Source of the DNA: an uncultured Trueperaceae bacterium
GTDB taxonomy: Bacteria > Deinococcota > Deinococci > Deinococcales > Trueperaceae
Direction: 5' to 3'
Length of the DNA: 64,000 nt
NCBI GenBank assembly: GCA_963799485.1
Contig: CAWCXJ010000008.1
Location: forward strand, 32,001-96,000
The translations under genes were made by a program, and so were the position numbers. How positions within the stretch are numbered: position 1 is the first letter of the stretch; each line of letters begins with the position of its first letter. The notes below the pieces were generated by a model that made no database searches, was not told the origin of the DNA, and saw only the letters and a list, made by a program, of their open reading frames with translations. Shown piece by piece: positions 29,632 through 39,723 of this stretch.

Positions 29632-29657
29632 GAAAAGCCCCCTGATTTCAGGGGGCT
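29632..29657 (-). terminator. Intrinsic terminator of the PepSY gene
   Basis: AGCCCCCTG/CAGGGGGCT stem plus T-run on the minus strand. Confidence 0.85.
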
Positions 29658-29685
29658 GGTGTAGAGCGGTTCGGAGTCGGTCGGC

Positions 29686-30192
29686 CTAGTTGCCGTCTTC
29701 CGTATCGCCTTCATGCTGCTCCTGCCGACCGGAATCTTCCTTATAACTCCCTTCGTTCTTGTCGTGGCTTTCGCCGTTATCTGCCATTTCTTCAGCGCCG
29801 ACCTGCTCGGTTTGCAGCACCTTGCCGTCGCCGGCATCTACCTTGACGGTTTGCTGACCGATAACGACCTCCCAGACCAGAAAGCCGTTCTCGTTGCCTA
29901 ACTCGGCTGAACTCGGCGCGGTTTGAACACCGAGCGAGCTTTGGGCCGCCGTAACTGCCTGATCCAGCGTGACTTTTGCCATACTCGCGTAGGCGGCGGC
30001 TTCCGCGCCTTCGCTCTGATTGTCTTGCGGCAAGGGAATCGAGCCGGTAAAGCTTGGCTGCTGTGTCCGACCCTGCGCCTGCACCGGGGTGTTGGTCGCA
30101 CCGCCTGAAGCCTGGGCAAGCGCAACGGTCGTACCAACCGAGCCGACGAGTAACGCGCCGCTAAGAAGAAGGGTTTTGGTTCGCTCTTTCAT
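29686..30192 (-). CDS. Secreted PepSY-domain protein with acidic tail
   Basis: AKVTLDQAV, ELGNENGFLVWEV, VKVDAGDGKVL; ATG 30192 with AAAGGAG. Confidence 0.88.
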   Translation of the reverse strand: MKERTKTLLLSGALLVGSVGTTVALAQASGGATNTPVQAQGRTQQPSFTGSIPLPQDNQSEGAEAAAYASMAKVTLDQAVTAAQSSLGVQTAPSSAELGNENGFLVWEVVIGQQTVKVDAGDGKVLQTEQVGAEEMADNGESHDKNEGSYKEDSGRQEQHEGDTEDGN

Positions 30193-30234
30193 GATGCTCC
30201 TTTCGCCAAAGGTGGGTGCCTGTTGGCTAGGGTC

Positions 30235-30266
30235 AAGGTACAGGGTGAATGTTGGAGGGGAGTGGA
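30235..30266 (-). promoter_or_regulatory. Putative response-regulator box plus -10 (PepSY promoter)
   Basis: Minus strand TCCACTCC-cct-CCAACATT-N7-TACCTT. Confidence 0.65.
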
Positions 30267-30404
30267 GAGAAACGCTCACGTATGGGCCACAAACTTAATG
30301 TTTCCGACCATTTTGCTGCGCGCTCTCACGAAATGGGGTTCTCAGGGTGCAAAAAAACAGGGCGTTTACTCGAGCCACCCACTCACTTCTGACTTTTAGC
30401 CGAT

Positions 30405-30437
30405 AAAAAAACCGACACGCTTTGAATGCGTGTCGGT
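30405..30437 (-). terminator. Intrinsic terminator
   Basis: ACCGACACGC/GCGTGTCGGT plus T-run on the minus strand. Confidence 0.85.
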
Positions 30438-30462
30438 CAGGTCGAACTGCTCAGCTGAGGGG

Positions 30463-30726
30463 TTAGGCGGATTCTGCTGAAGATGTCGGCTGAGCTGCCA
30501 GCGTGCGCCGCTGCTGCTGCTGCCTGAGCGTAACAAACGTCACCAGCGAGACGATGACGGTCAGGAAGATCAGGCTTGTGTTTACGGTGCCCAGATTGAG
30601 GCCGCCTACGTTTGCCGGTTGCGAGAGCAGGTCGCCGGTCGAGGCTCCGAGCGGGCGGGTCAGGATAAACGCGAGCCAGAAGGCCAGCACGCCGTCCAGC
30701 TTAAAGGTAAAGTGGGCCAGGGCGAA
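30463..30726 (-). pseudogene. 3' remnant of a COG4705 (DUF347) membrane protein
   Basis: LAFWLAFILTRPLGASTGDLLSQP..GGLNLG; most of the N-terminal part is absent. Confidence 0.8.
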
Positions 30727-30874
30727 ACGTGCCAGGGAGAGCGCGTAACTGCATGCTGTTTTCCTACTTCCGAGTTCCTGCTGCCGAGTTTTACCTACCC
30801 CGACGCGGTAGTTACACCTTCACCGGGTACATCTCTGTAAGAAGTCTGTAATAAACCCTCTGCTACTTTTAGGT

Positions 30875-32794
30875 ATGTCTTCGCAACTGCATCAGCCAAA
30901 AGGCAGCTCGACGGTGCTTTCAGAATCCGTAGTTCCGGCGCTCGAGTTCCCCGCTTTGTGGCACGCCAGCCTCACCGACGACACTTCGCCTCACGCTCAG
31001 GATGTGCTGCAGCTACAAGAACGCGCGGTTGCAGCCGTTGGCAGCGGTGTGACGATTGCCGACGTGCGGCAACCCGACTGCCCGGTCATCTACTGCAACC
31101 CGGCGTTTACTACTATTACCGGGTACACCGCCGCCGACGTGTTGGGCCGCAACTGCCGCTTTTTGCAAGGCCCGGACACCGACCCCGAAATGGTAAGCAA
31201 GATTCGCCACGCCGTCAAACACGGACAGGGCTGCACGGTCGTCTTCAAAAATTACTGTAAAGACGGCGCGCCTTTTTGGAACGAGCTGACGATGACGCCC
31301 GTTCACGACGCTGCTGGAGCGCTCACGCACTTTATCGGCGTGCAAAACGACGTAACGGCCCGCGAAGAAGCCAAAATTGCCTTGGCCCGGGCAAATAGAG
31401 AACTAGAAATTCGGGTGCGGGCGCGCACGGAAGAACTCGAGCAGGCCAACGCCAGGCTCCGCCACGACGCCTTTCACGACGCGCTCACGGGCCTCGCCAA
31501 CCGGGCGCTCTTTTACGACCGCCTCTCTCACGCGCTAGAGCGCGAAAAACGCAATCCGGACGCCGGTTTTGCTGTTTTGTACCTCGACTTCGACCGCTTC
31601 AAGGTCATCAACGATTCGCTCGGGCACCCCGTCGGTGACAAACTGCTCCAAGCCATCGCCGCGCGGCTGTTGGAAAATGTCCGCCCCGGCGACACCGTAG
31701 CGCGTTTGGGCGGCGACGAGTTTACGGTGCTGCTTGAGGATCTAGGCAACTTTAGCGAAGCGGCAGAAATTGCCGAACGTCTCCAGCTGAGTTTTTTAAC
31801 GCCTTTTAAGCTCGCACAGCACGAGCTCTACATTTCGGCGAGTATCGGTCTGGTGCCCAGCAGCGTGGGCTATAACGAAGCCGAAGAGGTGCTGCGCGAC
31901 GCCGACATCGCCATGTACCGGGCCAAAGCCCTGGGCAAAGCGCGTTACGCCGTATTCGATACGCCCATGCGCGAACGGACGCTCGGTTTGATGGCACTCG
32001 AGGCCGACCTGCGTAAAGCCGTCGAGCAAGGTGCGTTCGAGGTTCACTACCAGCCTATCGTCACTGCCGAGGCGGGCCGAACCACCGGGTTCGAGGCGCT
32101 CGTACGCTGGCAACACCCGGTTCACGGCCCCATCTCGCCGTCCGAATTCATCCCGCTAGCCGAAGAGACCGGGCTCGTCATTCAACTCGACCGCTGGGTT
32201 TTACGCGAAGCGTGCGCGCAGGTCGCGGCGTGGCAAAAGCTTCCGGGCAGAGCGGCTTTAACGCTCAACGTCAACCTCTCGAGCCAGCAGTTTCTCCGCA
32301 CCGACCTCGTTGCCCATATCGAAGCGGTACTCGAGCAAACGGGCCTCGGCGCTGAGAGTTTACGGCTCGAGCTGACCGAGTCTGTCATGATGAGTTCGTC
32401 GGCAGCGGTGCGGGACAACATCACGCGCCTTAAAGCGCGCGGCATTCAGCTTCATATCGACGACTTCGGTACCGGTTATTCGTCGCTTTCTTATTTGCAA
32501 CACCTGCCGACCGACACCCTCAAAATCGACCGCTCGTTTATCGACCGGCTCGGCGCGAGCCGTGAAGGTGAAGAGCTTGTCCGCACCATCGTTTTGATGG
32601 CGCACAATCTGGGGATGAAGGTAGTTGCCGAAGGGGTAGAAACCGAGGCGCAGCTCGAGCTGCTCACCTCGCTCGGGTGCGAATACGTGCAGGGTTACCT
32701 GCTTTCCAAACCCCTTAAAGCCGAGGACGCCGACCTCTTTATGACCCTTGGAAAAGAGCTTCGCGCGCGCGTGGCAAAAACTATCACCGTGTGA
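30875..32794 (+). CDS. LOV-GGDEF-EAL c-di-GMP enzyme
   Basis: GRNCRFLQG, RPGD..RLGGDEF, FEALVRW, DDFGTGYSS. Confidence 0.93.
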   Translation: MSSQLHQPKGSSTVLSESVVPALEFPALWHASLTDDTSPHAQDVLQLQERAVAAVGSGVTIADVRQPDCPVIYCNPAFTTITGYTAADVLGRNCRFLQGPDTDPEMVSKIRHAVKHGQGCTVVFKNYCKDGAPFWNELTMTPVHDAAGALTHFIGVQNDVTAREEAKIALARANRELEIRVRARTEELEQANARLRHDAFHDALTGLANRALFYDRLSHALEREKRNPDAGFAVLYLDFDRFKVINDSLGHPVGDKLLQAIAARLLENVRPGDTVARLGGDEFTVLLEDLGNFSEAAEIAERLQLSFLTPFKLAQHELYISASIGLVPSSVGYNEAEEVLRDADIAMYRAKALGKARYAVFDTPMRERTLGLMALEADLRKAVEQGAFEVHYQPIVTAEAGRTTGFEALVRWQHPVHGPISPSEFIPLAEETGLVIQLDRWVLREACAQVAAWQKLPGRAALTLNVNLSSQQFLRTDLVAHIEAVLEQTGLGAESLRLELTESVMMSSSAAVRDNITRLKARGIQLHIDDFGTGYSSLSYLQHLPTDTLKIDRSFIDRLGASREGEELVRTIVLMAHNLGMKVVAEGVETEAQLELLTSLGCEYVQGYLLSKPLKAEDADLFMTLGKELRARVAKTITV

Positions 32795-32802
32795 GGCAGC
32801 CG

Positions 32803-32840
32803 AAAAAGGCTGCTGTACCCAGTTCGGATGCAGCAGCCTT
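32803..32840. terminator. Terminator between convergent genes
   Basis: AAGGCTGCTG/CAGCAGCCTT stem flanked by an A-run. Confidence 0.75.
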
Positions 32841-32872
32841 ACTTGTAAGCTTTACGGCGTAGGCGGTTTCGT

Positions 32873-34627
32873 TCAGGTCGCTGCGCCCGGCTCCTCTTTG
32901 CCCCCCGAACGTCCCTCTTCGACAAAGTTTTTAATCGACGTAAGCGCTTTAACCAGCCCCTCTTGAATCTGCGCGCGGTTCGGCCCTTCGCTGCCGCCGC
33001 TGTCATCACCCGGCGCGTCGCCTTCTCCGGCGGGCGGGCCACCTGAGAAGGTGAGGTGAACGGTCATCGTCGAGCCCTCTCCCTGTCCGGAAACCTCGAG
33101 CCACCCCGAATAGTACTGTTCGTCTGCGCCCCACTCGATCCGGTGGTTTGCTTCGTCTTTACGGAAAAACCCGTCGGCGTCGTATTCGTGGCCCTGCGCT
33201 TCGCCCTGAACCCGGACCCGTTCACCTTCTTGGGGCTGAGCGCTATGGGTCGTCGGCAGGTATTTGGGCAGGTTTTCGACCTGCGCCATAAAGGCGTAAA
33301 CCTCGTCGGGTGACGCGTTGACGGAAGTGCTGTGCTCAAACTCCTGGACCTCTGCCTGCGTGTCTCCCTCCCCGGTTTGTCCTTCAGAAGCGGTTTGTGT
33401 CTCTCGCACCGCCAACAAGTTTTGCACTCTTGTCACGCCCGAAATGCTTGCGACCGCCTCTTCGGCGGCGCGTCTGGTCTCTTCGCTGTCGACGGTGCCC
33501 TCGAGCAATACCTCACCGTTGTCGATGGTGACTTCAATCAGCGAAGCATCGACCTGTCCATGCTGGGTCAAACGCGAGTAGACCTCTTGCCCGGTTGCGT
33601 CCTCGGTCTCACGGTTTTTCGGCCCGACGCCGGTATAAGGCCCCGGCGTCAGCCAAACCTCGGTGTAAACCAGCTCTACCGGAACATCTACGATGTCTTC
33701 TACCAAAACGTCTTCTATCAAAACGTCTTCTACCAAGCCTGCTGCCGGCATGTCGGAGTCGAAATCCGGCCTCGGTTCCAGGGGTTGTCCGGCCCCGTAC
33801 GACGTGGGCTCGGGTAAACCGCTCGCCTCTACAGGCGCGCTGCTCCCGGCTTCGACTTCGGTCACATAGCCGTCGTAGCGGTCGGCGACTGCGCTTTGTG
33901 CGTCGGCCTGCATTGTGGGTTCGCCCTGCCCGCTTTGGTCTGAGCCGTCCTTATCGGACTTGCCGCGGAGTGCTTGACCGACCAAGAGTGCCGCGCCCGC
34001 GCCTGCTAAAAGCGCACCCGACGCGAGCAGGGCGTTTCTCGCGTCAATTCCGGAGGCGGCTTCTTTGCCCTTCTCGCCGAGGTCTGCAGCCTTTTGCTTG
34101 AGATTGTCTAGGGTGGCCTGTGCGTCCGGGGCGTCGACGACTTCAGCTAGATACTGCACTGTCAGCGTCGGGATATGCTTCGCCAACCAGATCGCCATCT
34201 CTTCTTCGTCACGCAAAATTTGTTGACACGCCGCCACTGTTTCCTGGTCTCCAAGCGCTTCAGCACCGGCAATTAGCGAGTTGTAGCAGGCGATCTCGAA
34301 GTTTTCGGCGGCGTAGTCGCCGAGTGCATTTTTGACCACCGTGTCTTTGGCGGGCAAGTTGGCAATCCCGGTAACCTTGCCCACGGCTGAGCTGACCGTT
34401 TCTTTAAGCGCTGCCGGTTTACCCCCCAAGCGTCCAATGCACCCTTCGACAAGCTCGGCGTGGCGCTGCGTCTCTTCGAGATGCTGCTGAAGCTTCCCGT
34501 GTAATTCCGGGTAGTTCTCGGCTGCCGAAAGGTGGGCTTTCAGGGTTGGCAACGCGCCCACCTCGAGCGCGTGGGCGTCTTTGAGCCACGAAAGTACGGT
34601 TTTTTGCTGCGCTTCTTGCGGTGTCAT
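32873..34627 (-). CDS. Multidomain protein: YciE/DUF892 ferritin-like, TM, BON, SRPBCC
   Basis: WLKDAHALE..HLEET..ENFEIACY..EEEMA; hydrophobic helix; GPKN..IEVTIDNGEVLLEGTV..GVTRVQNLL; VENLPKYLP. Confidence 0.85.
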   Translation of the reverse strand: MTPQEAQQKTVLSWLKDAHALEVGALPTLKAHLSAAENYPELHGKLQQHLEETQRHAELVEGCIGRLGGKPAALKETVSSAVGKVTGIANLPAKDTVVKNALGDYAAENFEIACYNSLIAGAEALGDQETVAACQQILRDEEEMAIWLAKHIPTLTVQYLAEVVDAPDAQATLDNLKQKAADLGEKGKEAASGIDARNALLASGALLAGAGAALLVGQALRGKSDKDGSDQSGQGEPTMQADAQSAVADRYDGYVTEVEAGSSAPVEASGLPEPTSYGAGQPLEPRPDFDSDMPAAGLVEDVLIEDVLVEDIVDVPVELVYTEVWLTPGPYTGVGPKNRETEDATGQEVYSRLTQHGQVDASLIEVTIDNGEVLLEGTVDSEETRRAAEEAVASISGVTRVQNLLAVRETQTASEGQTGEGDTQAEVQEFEHSTSVNASPDEVYAFMAQVENLPKYLPTTHSAQPQEGERVRVQGEAQGHEYDADGFFRKDEANHRIEWGADEQYYSGWLEVSGQGEGSTMTVHLTFSGGPPAGEGDAPGDDSGGSEGPNRAQIQEGLVKALTSIKNFVEEGRSGGKEEPGAAT

Positions 34628-34926
34628 AAATCCCCCTAAGGAACGAAATCCGGTTTACGGTGTGACCTTGCACAACACACTTTCAGCGACCTTATCAGCG
34701 ACGCTCGAGACGATGTTGAGCTGATTATGGCGTTCGCGTTGTCCGCTGACGTGGTGCTCCGATACGGTTTTGCTTGCGCTCGGCTGCTGACACCACCAAA
34801 AGCTGACACCACTAAAAAACGACCCTTGCAGGATTTTCCCCTCGGACTGTGCGATATACCTAAAACGCTTCTCCGGGCCGGGGACTATCTTGATTGGCGG
34901 AGCAAAAGACTTCTGGGGAGGGGAAT

Positions 34927-35817
34927 ATGTTTTATCACGACGGCAAGTTGCAATACAAAGTCGAGGTCACGACGCCTAGTCCGGTTTTCGCCAACATGCT
35001 GCAGCAGGCGATTGGCGGCATCGAAGGGGAGATGCGCGTCGCTCTGCAGTACCTGTTTCAGGCGTGGAACGCGCGCGGGCCGAAAAAGTACCGCGACATG
35101 CTCTTAGAGACCGGCACCGAGGAGCTCGCACATATCGAGATGCTGGCAACGGCGGTGGCCCTAAACCTCGAGGGGGCCGCACCGGCCCTCAAGGAACAAG
35201 CCGCCAAAGACAACCCGGCGGTCGCCGCCGTACTCGGCGGGATGAACCCGCGCCACTACCTTTCAGCGGGTTTGGGCGCGATGCCCGTTGACAGCAGCGG
35301 CGTTCCTTTTACGGGCGCGTTTGTAGTCGGGAGTGGCAACATCGCCGCCGACATGTACGCCAATGTGATGGCGGAATCGACGGGGCGGGCGCTCGCCACA
35401 CGGCTTTACAACTACACCGACGACCCCGGCATGAAAGACATGCTCTCGTTTTTGATCGCCCGCGACACCATGCACCAGCAGCAGTGGTTGGCGGTGTTGG
35501 AAGAACTCGGCGGCTATGAGGGCACACTGCCGATTCCCAACTCGTTTCCGCAGGAGCAGGAGAACAGCGATTACAACTACGTCTTTTTGTCCACCGCCAA
35601 AGACGGTCAGCCGCTTACCAATGGGCGCTGGACAGAAGGCCCGTCTTTGGACGGTAACGCCGAATACAGCCAGCGGGTCGCCGAACCCGTCGGCGGGGAG
35701 CCGAAGCTTGCGCCGCCCGTACCGGGGGCTTACGCGCAAACCGAGCAGGGGAGCCAGCTCGAAGGGGACAAGCCAATCACCAAACGTATTACCGATACCA
35801 TTACCGGTAAGGAATAA
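34927..35817 (+). CDS. Manganese catalase family protein
   Basis: GGIEGEM, GTEELAHIEM, ARDTMHQQQW; ATG 34927 with GGAGG. Confidence 0.95.
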   Translation: MFYHDGKLQYKVEVTTPSPVFANMLQQAIGGIEGEMRVALQYLFQAWNARGPKKYRDMLLETGTEELAHIEMLATAVALNLEGAAPALKEQAAKDNPAVAAVLGGMNPRHYLSAGLGAMPVDSSGVPFTGAFVVGSGNIAADMYANVMAESTGRALATRLYNYTDDPGMKDMLSFLIARDTMHQQQWLAVLEELGGYEGTLPIPNSFPQEQENSDYNYVFLSTAKDGQPLTNGRWTEGPSLDGNAEYSQRVAEPVGGEPKLAPPVPGAYAQTEQGSQLEGDKPITKRITDTITGKE

Positions 35818-35899
35818 AGTTTCTATCGAGGCAAGAGGCCCCGGCATGTGTTGGGGCCTTTACTGTACCGAACACCTCAGCATCAGAACGGGGAGGTTT

Positions 35900-37400
35900 A
35901 TGGCACGGACTTCAGATACAGGCCGAGATGACGCTACGCACGAAATCGCGCCGGACTTGGCCTACAAACGCCTGGGCATCGTCAACATCGTCTTTTACGG
36001 CGTCGCCAACGGAGACTGGGTGCTCGTTGACGCGGGGCTACCCGGAACTGCCGGGGTTATCCGCAAAGCTGCCGCAAAACGTTTCGGCGAAGGCGTCAAA
36101 CCGAAAGCCATCATCTTGACCCACGGGCATTTTGACCATGTCGGGGCGCTCCGTGAACTCGCTGAAGGCTGGGACGTGCCGATTTATGCCCACGAACTCG
36201 AGCATCCCTACTTAAACGGCGCTTCTGCCTATCCGCCGCCCGACCCGTCGGTCGGTGGCGGCCTGATGGCGCGGATGTCGGGTGTGTACCCGAAAGGTCC
36301 GGTTGACGTGAGCCGCTGGCTTAGGGTGCTCCCGGAAGGCGGCAGCGTTCCGGAAATGCCGGGCTGGCGCTGGTTGCACACGCCCGGTCACAGTCCCGGA
36401 CACGTGTCTTTGTGGCGCGATACCGACCGTTTGCTGGTCGCCGGCGACGCGTTCGTGACGACCAAAGCCGAATCGGTTTATGCGGTCGCGGTGCAAAAAC
36501 CGGGAGTCCACGGCCCGCCCAGGTACTACACGCCCGATTGGGCGTCGGCTGAGGCGTCGGCGAGAGAGCTGGCCGGGCTCGAGCCCGAAACCGTCTATCA
36601 GCGGACATGGCCCGGCGCTGCAAGGTGCCGAGCTGCGCCGGGATTTGCACGTCCTGGCCGCCGACTTCAAACGCCTCGCGGTACCGTCACACGGTCGTTA
36701 CGTCGGCGCGCCCGCACGGGCCGACCTGCGCGGGACGCGTTACGTGCCGCCGAAAAAGGGGTCGTCCAACGTTGCGCTCGTCGGTACGGTTGCTGTACTC
36801 GCCGGGGGCTGGCTTCTCTACCGAGGGCTTAAAGAGCGCCGCGCCGTAAAAAACAGTGTACACCGTCAGGGCAGGGGGAGCCGGAACGAAGAAGGCGTGC
36901 AGGAGCAAGGCGCGCCCGAAGTCGAGCGCTCTCTCACGGTCGGGCGCTCCGCTGAAGAGCTTTACGGACTCTGGCTCGAGCCCGGTACCTTGCCGAAAAT
37001 CATGAGCCACGTCGCCGCAGTGCGTCACAAAGAGAACAACCAGACGCACTGGCAGCTGAACCTGCCGCTGGGCCGCAGCCTCGAGTGGGACACGCACGTT
37101 ACCGAAGAGCGCAGGGATGAGTTTATTCACTGGGCGTCGCTGGCGGGGGCCGCGCTGCCCAGCGAGGGTTTTGTACGCTTCCGCCCGGCACCGGCTGACC
37201 GGGGAACCGTAGTGACGCTCAGGCTCGAGTTCAGTCCGCCCGGCGGGGCGCTCGGGCGCGCCGCGGCGGAGCAGTTTGCGGCTGTCCCCAAAAACCTGGT
37301 CAGTAAAGCCTTGCGCCGGTTTAAGAGCCTGGCTGAAACAGGCGAGATGCCGACACTCGAGCACAACCCGTCCGCCCGTGGGCGCAGCGATAACGTTTGA
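35900..37400 (+). pseudogene. MBL-fold hydrolase fused to TM and SRPBCC cyclase, frameshift near 36596
   Basis: THGHFDHVG, HTPGHSPGH, AGD; the ISGHG motif continues in another frame that runs on into SRPBCC (LRRFKSLAETGE). Confidence 0.8.
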
Positions 37401-37427
37401 ACTTCCGGTTTTTCTAGAGGAGACACC

Positions 37428-38594
37428 ATGCGAGCCCTGGTATGGAACGGCGTCAACGACCTGCGGGTCGAAACGGTGCCCGACCCTGAAATCGTCAACC
37501 CGAAAGACGTGATTCTGCGCGTCATCATGTCTACCACGTGCGGTTCAGACCTACACCTGATCGACGGCTTTATCCCCACCATGCGTGAAGGCGACGTTTT
37601 AGGTCACGAGTTTATGGGTGAAGTCGTGGAGGTCGGCAGCGAGGTCAAGCGGATACAAAAGGGCGACCGGGTGGTCGTCCCGTCGTTCGTCTCGTGCGGT
37701 TCGTGCTGGTACTGTCAGAGAGACCTCTACTCGTTGTGCGACAACACCAACCCCAACGCCGAGTTGCAAGAGCCGATCTTGGGGTATCCGACCGCCGGAA
37801 TCTACGGTTACACGCACGCCTTTGGTGGTTACGCGGGTTCGCACGCCACCTACATCCGCGTACCACACGCCGATGTGGACTGTTTTACGGTGCCTGAGGG
37901 TTTACGGGACGAGCAGGCGCTGTTTTTGTCCGACGCCGGCCCGACCGGGTACATGGGCGCGGACTTTTGCAACATCCACCCCGGCGATACGGTCGCGGTG
38001 TGGGGCGCGGGCGGCGTCGGGTTGATGGCGATGAGGAGCGCGTATCTGCTGGGCGCGGAGCGGGTGATTGCGATTGACCGGTTACCGGAACGCCTAAAGA
38101 TGGCTAAAGAACACGCCGGGGCCGAAACGCTCGACTATACGAAAGACAGTGTGCTGGAGGCCCTCAAAGAGCTGACCGGCGGGCGCGGGCCCGATTCGTG
38201 TATCGACGCGGTAGGGATGGAAGCGCACGGCACCGGCGTCGGCTACGCCTACGACCGGGTCAAGCAGGCTTTACGGCTCGAGACCGACCGCGGCACTGCC
38301 CTCCGCGAGGCGATTTTGGCGTGCCGCAAAGGGGGCACCTTGTCGATTCTGGGTGTGTACGGCCTGATGGACAAGTTCCCGGTCGGGGCCGTCATCAACA
38401 AAGGCTTGACGGTGCGGGCCGCGCAGCAACACGGGCAGGCGTACCTGCCGCGCCTCTTGGACCACGCCGTAAAAGGCGAACTCGACGCGTCGTATCTGGC
38501 GACGCACACGCTCCCTTTAGAAGAAGCGCCGCGCGGCTACGAGATGTTTAAGAACAAGGAAGACGGCTGCGTCAGGGCGGTATTTGTTCCCTAA
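37428..38594 (+). CDS. Zinc-dependent alcohol/formaldehyde dehydrogenase (YbdR-like)
   Basis: CGSDLH, GHEFMG, CGSCWYC..C, GAGGVG, DAVGMEAHG. Confidence 0.93.
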   Translation: MRALVWNGVNDLRVETVPDPEIVNPKDVILRVIMSTTCGSDLHLIDGFIPTMREGDVLGHEFMGEVVEVGSEVKRIQKGDRVVVPSFVSCGSCWYCQRDLYSLCDNTNPNAELQEPILGYPTAGIYGYTHAFGGYAGSHATYIRVPHADVDCFTVPEGLRDEQALFLSDAGPTGYMGADFCNIHPGDTVAVWGAGGVGLMAMRSAYLLGAERVIAIDRLPERLKMAKEHAGAETLDYTKDSVLEALKELTGGRGPDSCIDAVGMEAHGTGVGYAYDRVKQALRLETDRGTALREAILACRKGGTLSILGVYGLMDKFPVGAVINKGLTVRAAQQHGQAYLPRLLDHAVKGELDASYLATHTLPLEEAPRGYEMFKNKEDGCVRAVFVP

Positions 38595-38675
38595 GAGAAA
38601 GGGTCGGCGTATGGTTTTACCTCAGCGGCAGGCGTGAAAAAGCCTGAAACAAGACTCGAGCGGATAAGGGGAAAG

Positions 38676-39689
38676 ATGAGCGTCAAACTCAAAAAGCTAG
38701 ATGAACAAGTGATGGTTATTACCGGGGCAACGTCGGGCATCGGTTTGGCAACGGCGCGGCTGGCAGCGAAGCGCGGCGCGCGTCTGGTTTTGGCAGCCCG
38801 CAACGAGGAGGCGCTTGGAGACCTCGTAACCGAGCTGGAGCAGGGAGGTCACGAAGCTGTTTACGTCGTTTGTGACGTCGGTCAAGAGAGCGACGTTCAA
38901 AAGGTAGCGCAGACGGCGGAGGGGCGTTTCGGCGGCTTCGACACTTGGGTCAACAACGCGGGCGTCGGGATTTTCGGGGCGCTGTTAGACGGCACCACCG
39001 AAGACTACCGTAAACTCTTCGATACGAACTTCTGGGGTCTGGTTTACGGCTCACTGACGGCGGCGCGGGGGCTTAAAGACAAGGGCGGCGCACTGATCAA
39101 TATCGGGTCGGCCTTGTCAGACCGGGCGATTCCGCTACAGGGGATGTACTCGAGCTCGAAGCACGCCGTAAAAGGCTTTACCGAGGCGCTGCGGGTTGAA
39201 CTCGAGGCCGAGAACGCGCCCGTTTCCGTCACACTGATCAAACCTGCAAGTATCGACACGCCGTACCCGCACCACGCCAAAAACTACATGGACGAAGAGC
39301 CGACCCTGCCGCCGCCCGTCTATTCGCCCGGAGTGGTCGCCGAGGCGATTTTGCACTGCGCCGAAACCCCCGAACGCGACATAACCGTCGGGGGTGGTGG
39401 CAAACTGATTTCAGCCGCCGGACGCTACGCGCCGCGCCTGACCGACAAGGGGATGGCGACGCAAGCTTTTTTTGGGCAGCAACGCTCGGGTGACCCGGTG
39501 CAGTACCCCGGTGGGTCACTCCACAGGCCGACTTCGGATTTACAAGAACGCGGCGATTATCAGGGCCGGGTGCGGGGTGGGAGCCTCTACACCAGTTCGG
39601 CGGAGCATCCGCTGGCAACCGCCCTCCTCGTCACCGCTGGACTGACGGCGGCGGCGCTGCTGCTGCGAGGTTCGGTGGGGCGCGACTAG
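38676..39689 (+). CDS. SDR-family oxidoreductase with C-terminal TM
   Basis: TGATSGIG, NNAG, YSSSK. Confidence 0.93.
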   Translation: MSVKLKKLDEQVMVITGATSGIGLATARLAAKRGARLVLAARNEEALGDLVTELEQGGHEAVYVVCDVGQESDVQKVAQTAEGRFGGFDTWVNNAGVGIFGALLDGTTEDYRKLFDTNFWGLVYGSLTAARGLKDKGGALINIGSALSDRAIPLQGMYSSSKHAVKGFTEALRVELEAENAPVSVTLIKPASIDTPYPHHAKNYMDEEPTLPPPVYSPGVVAEAILHCAETPERDITVGGGGKLISAAGRYAPRLTDKGMATQAFFGQQRSGDPVQYPGGSLHRPTSDLQERGDYQGRVRGGSLYTSSAEHPLATALLVTAGLTAAALLLRGSVGRD

Positions 39690-39723
39690 CCGCAAAGCTC
39701 GAGCGCAGCCCTTATAGTTAAGC

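Noticed and set aside
35516..35899. N-terminal extension of the MBL ORF
   Set aside because: Overlaps the catalase gene and a hairpin; ATG 35900 has a GGAGG RBS.
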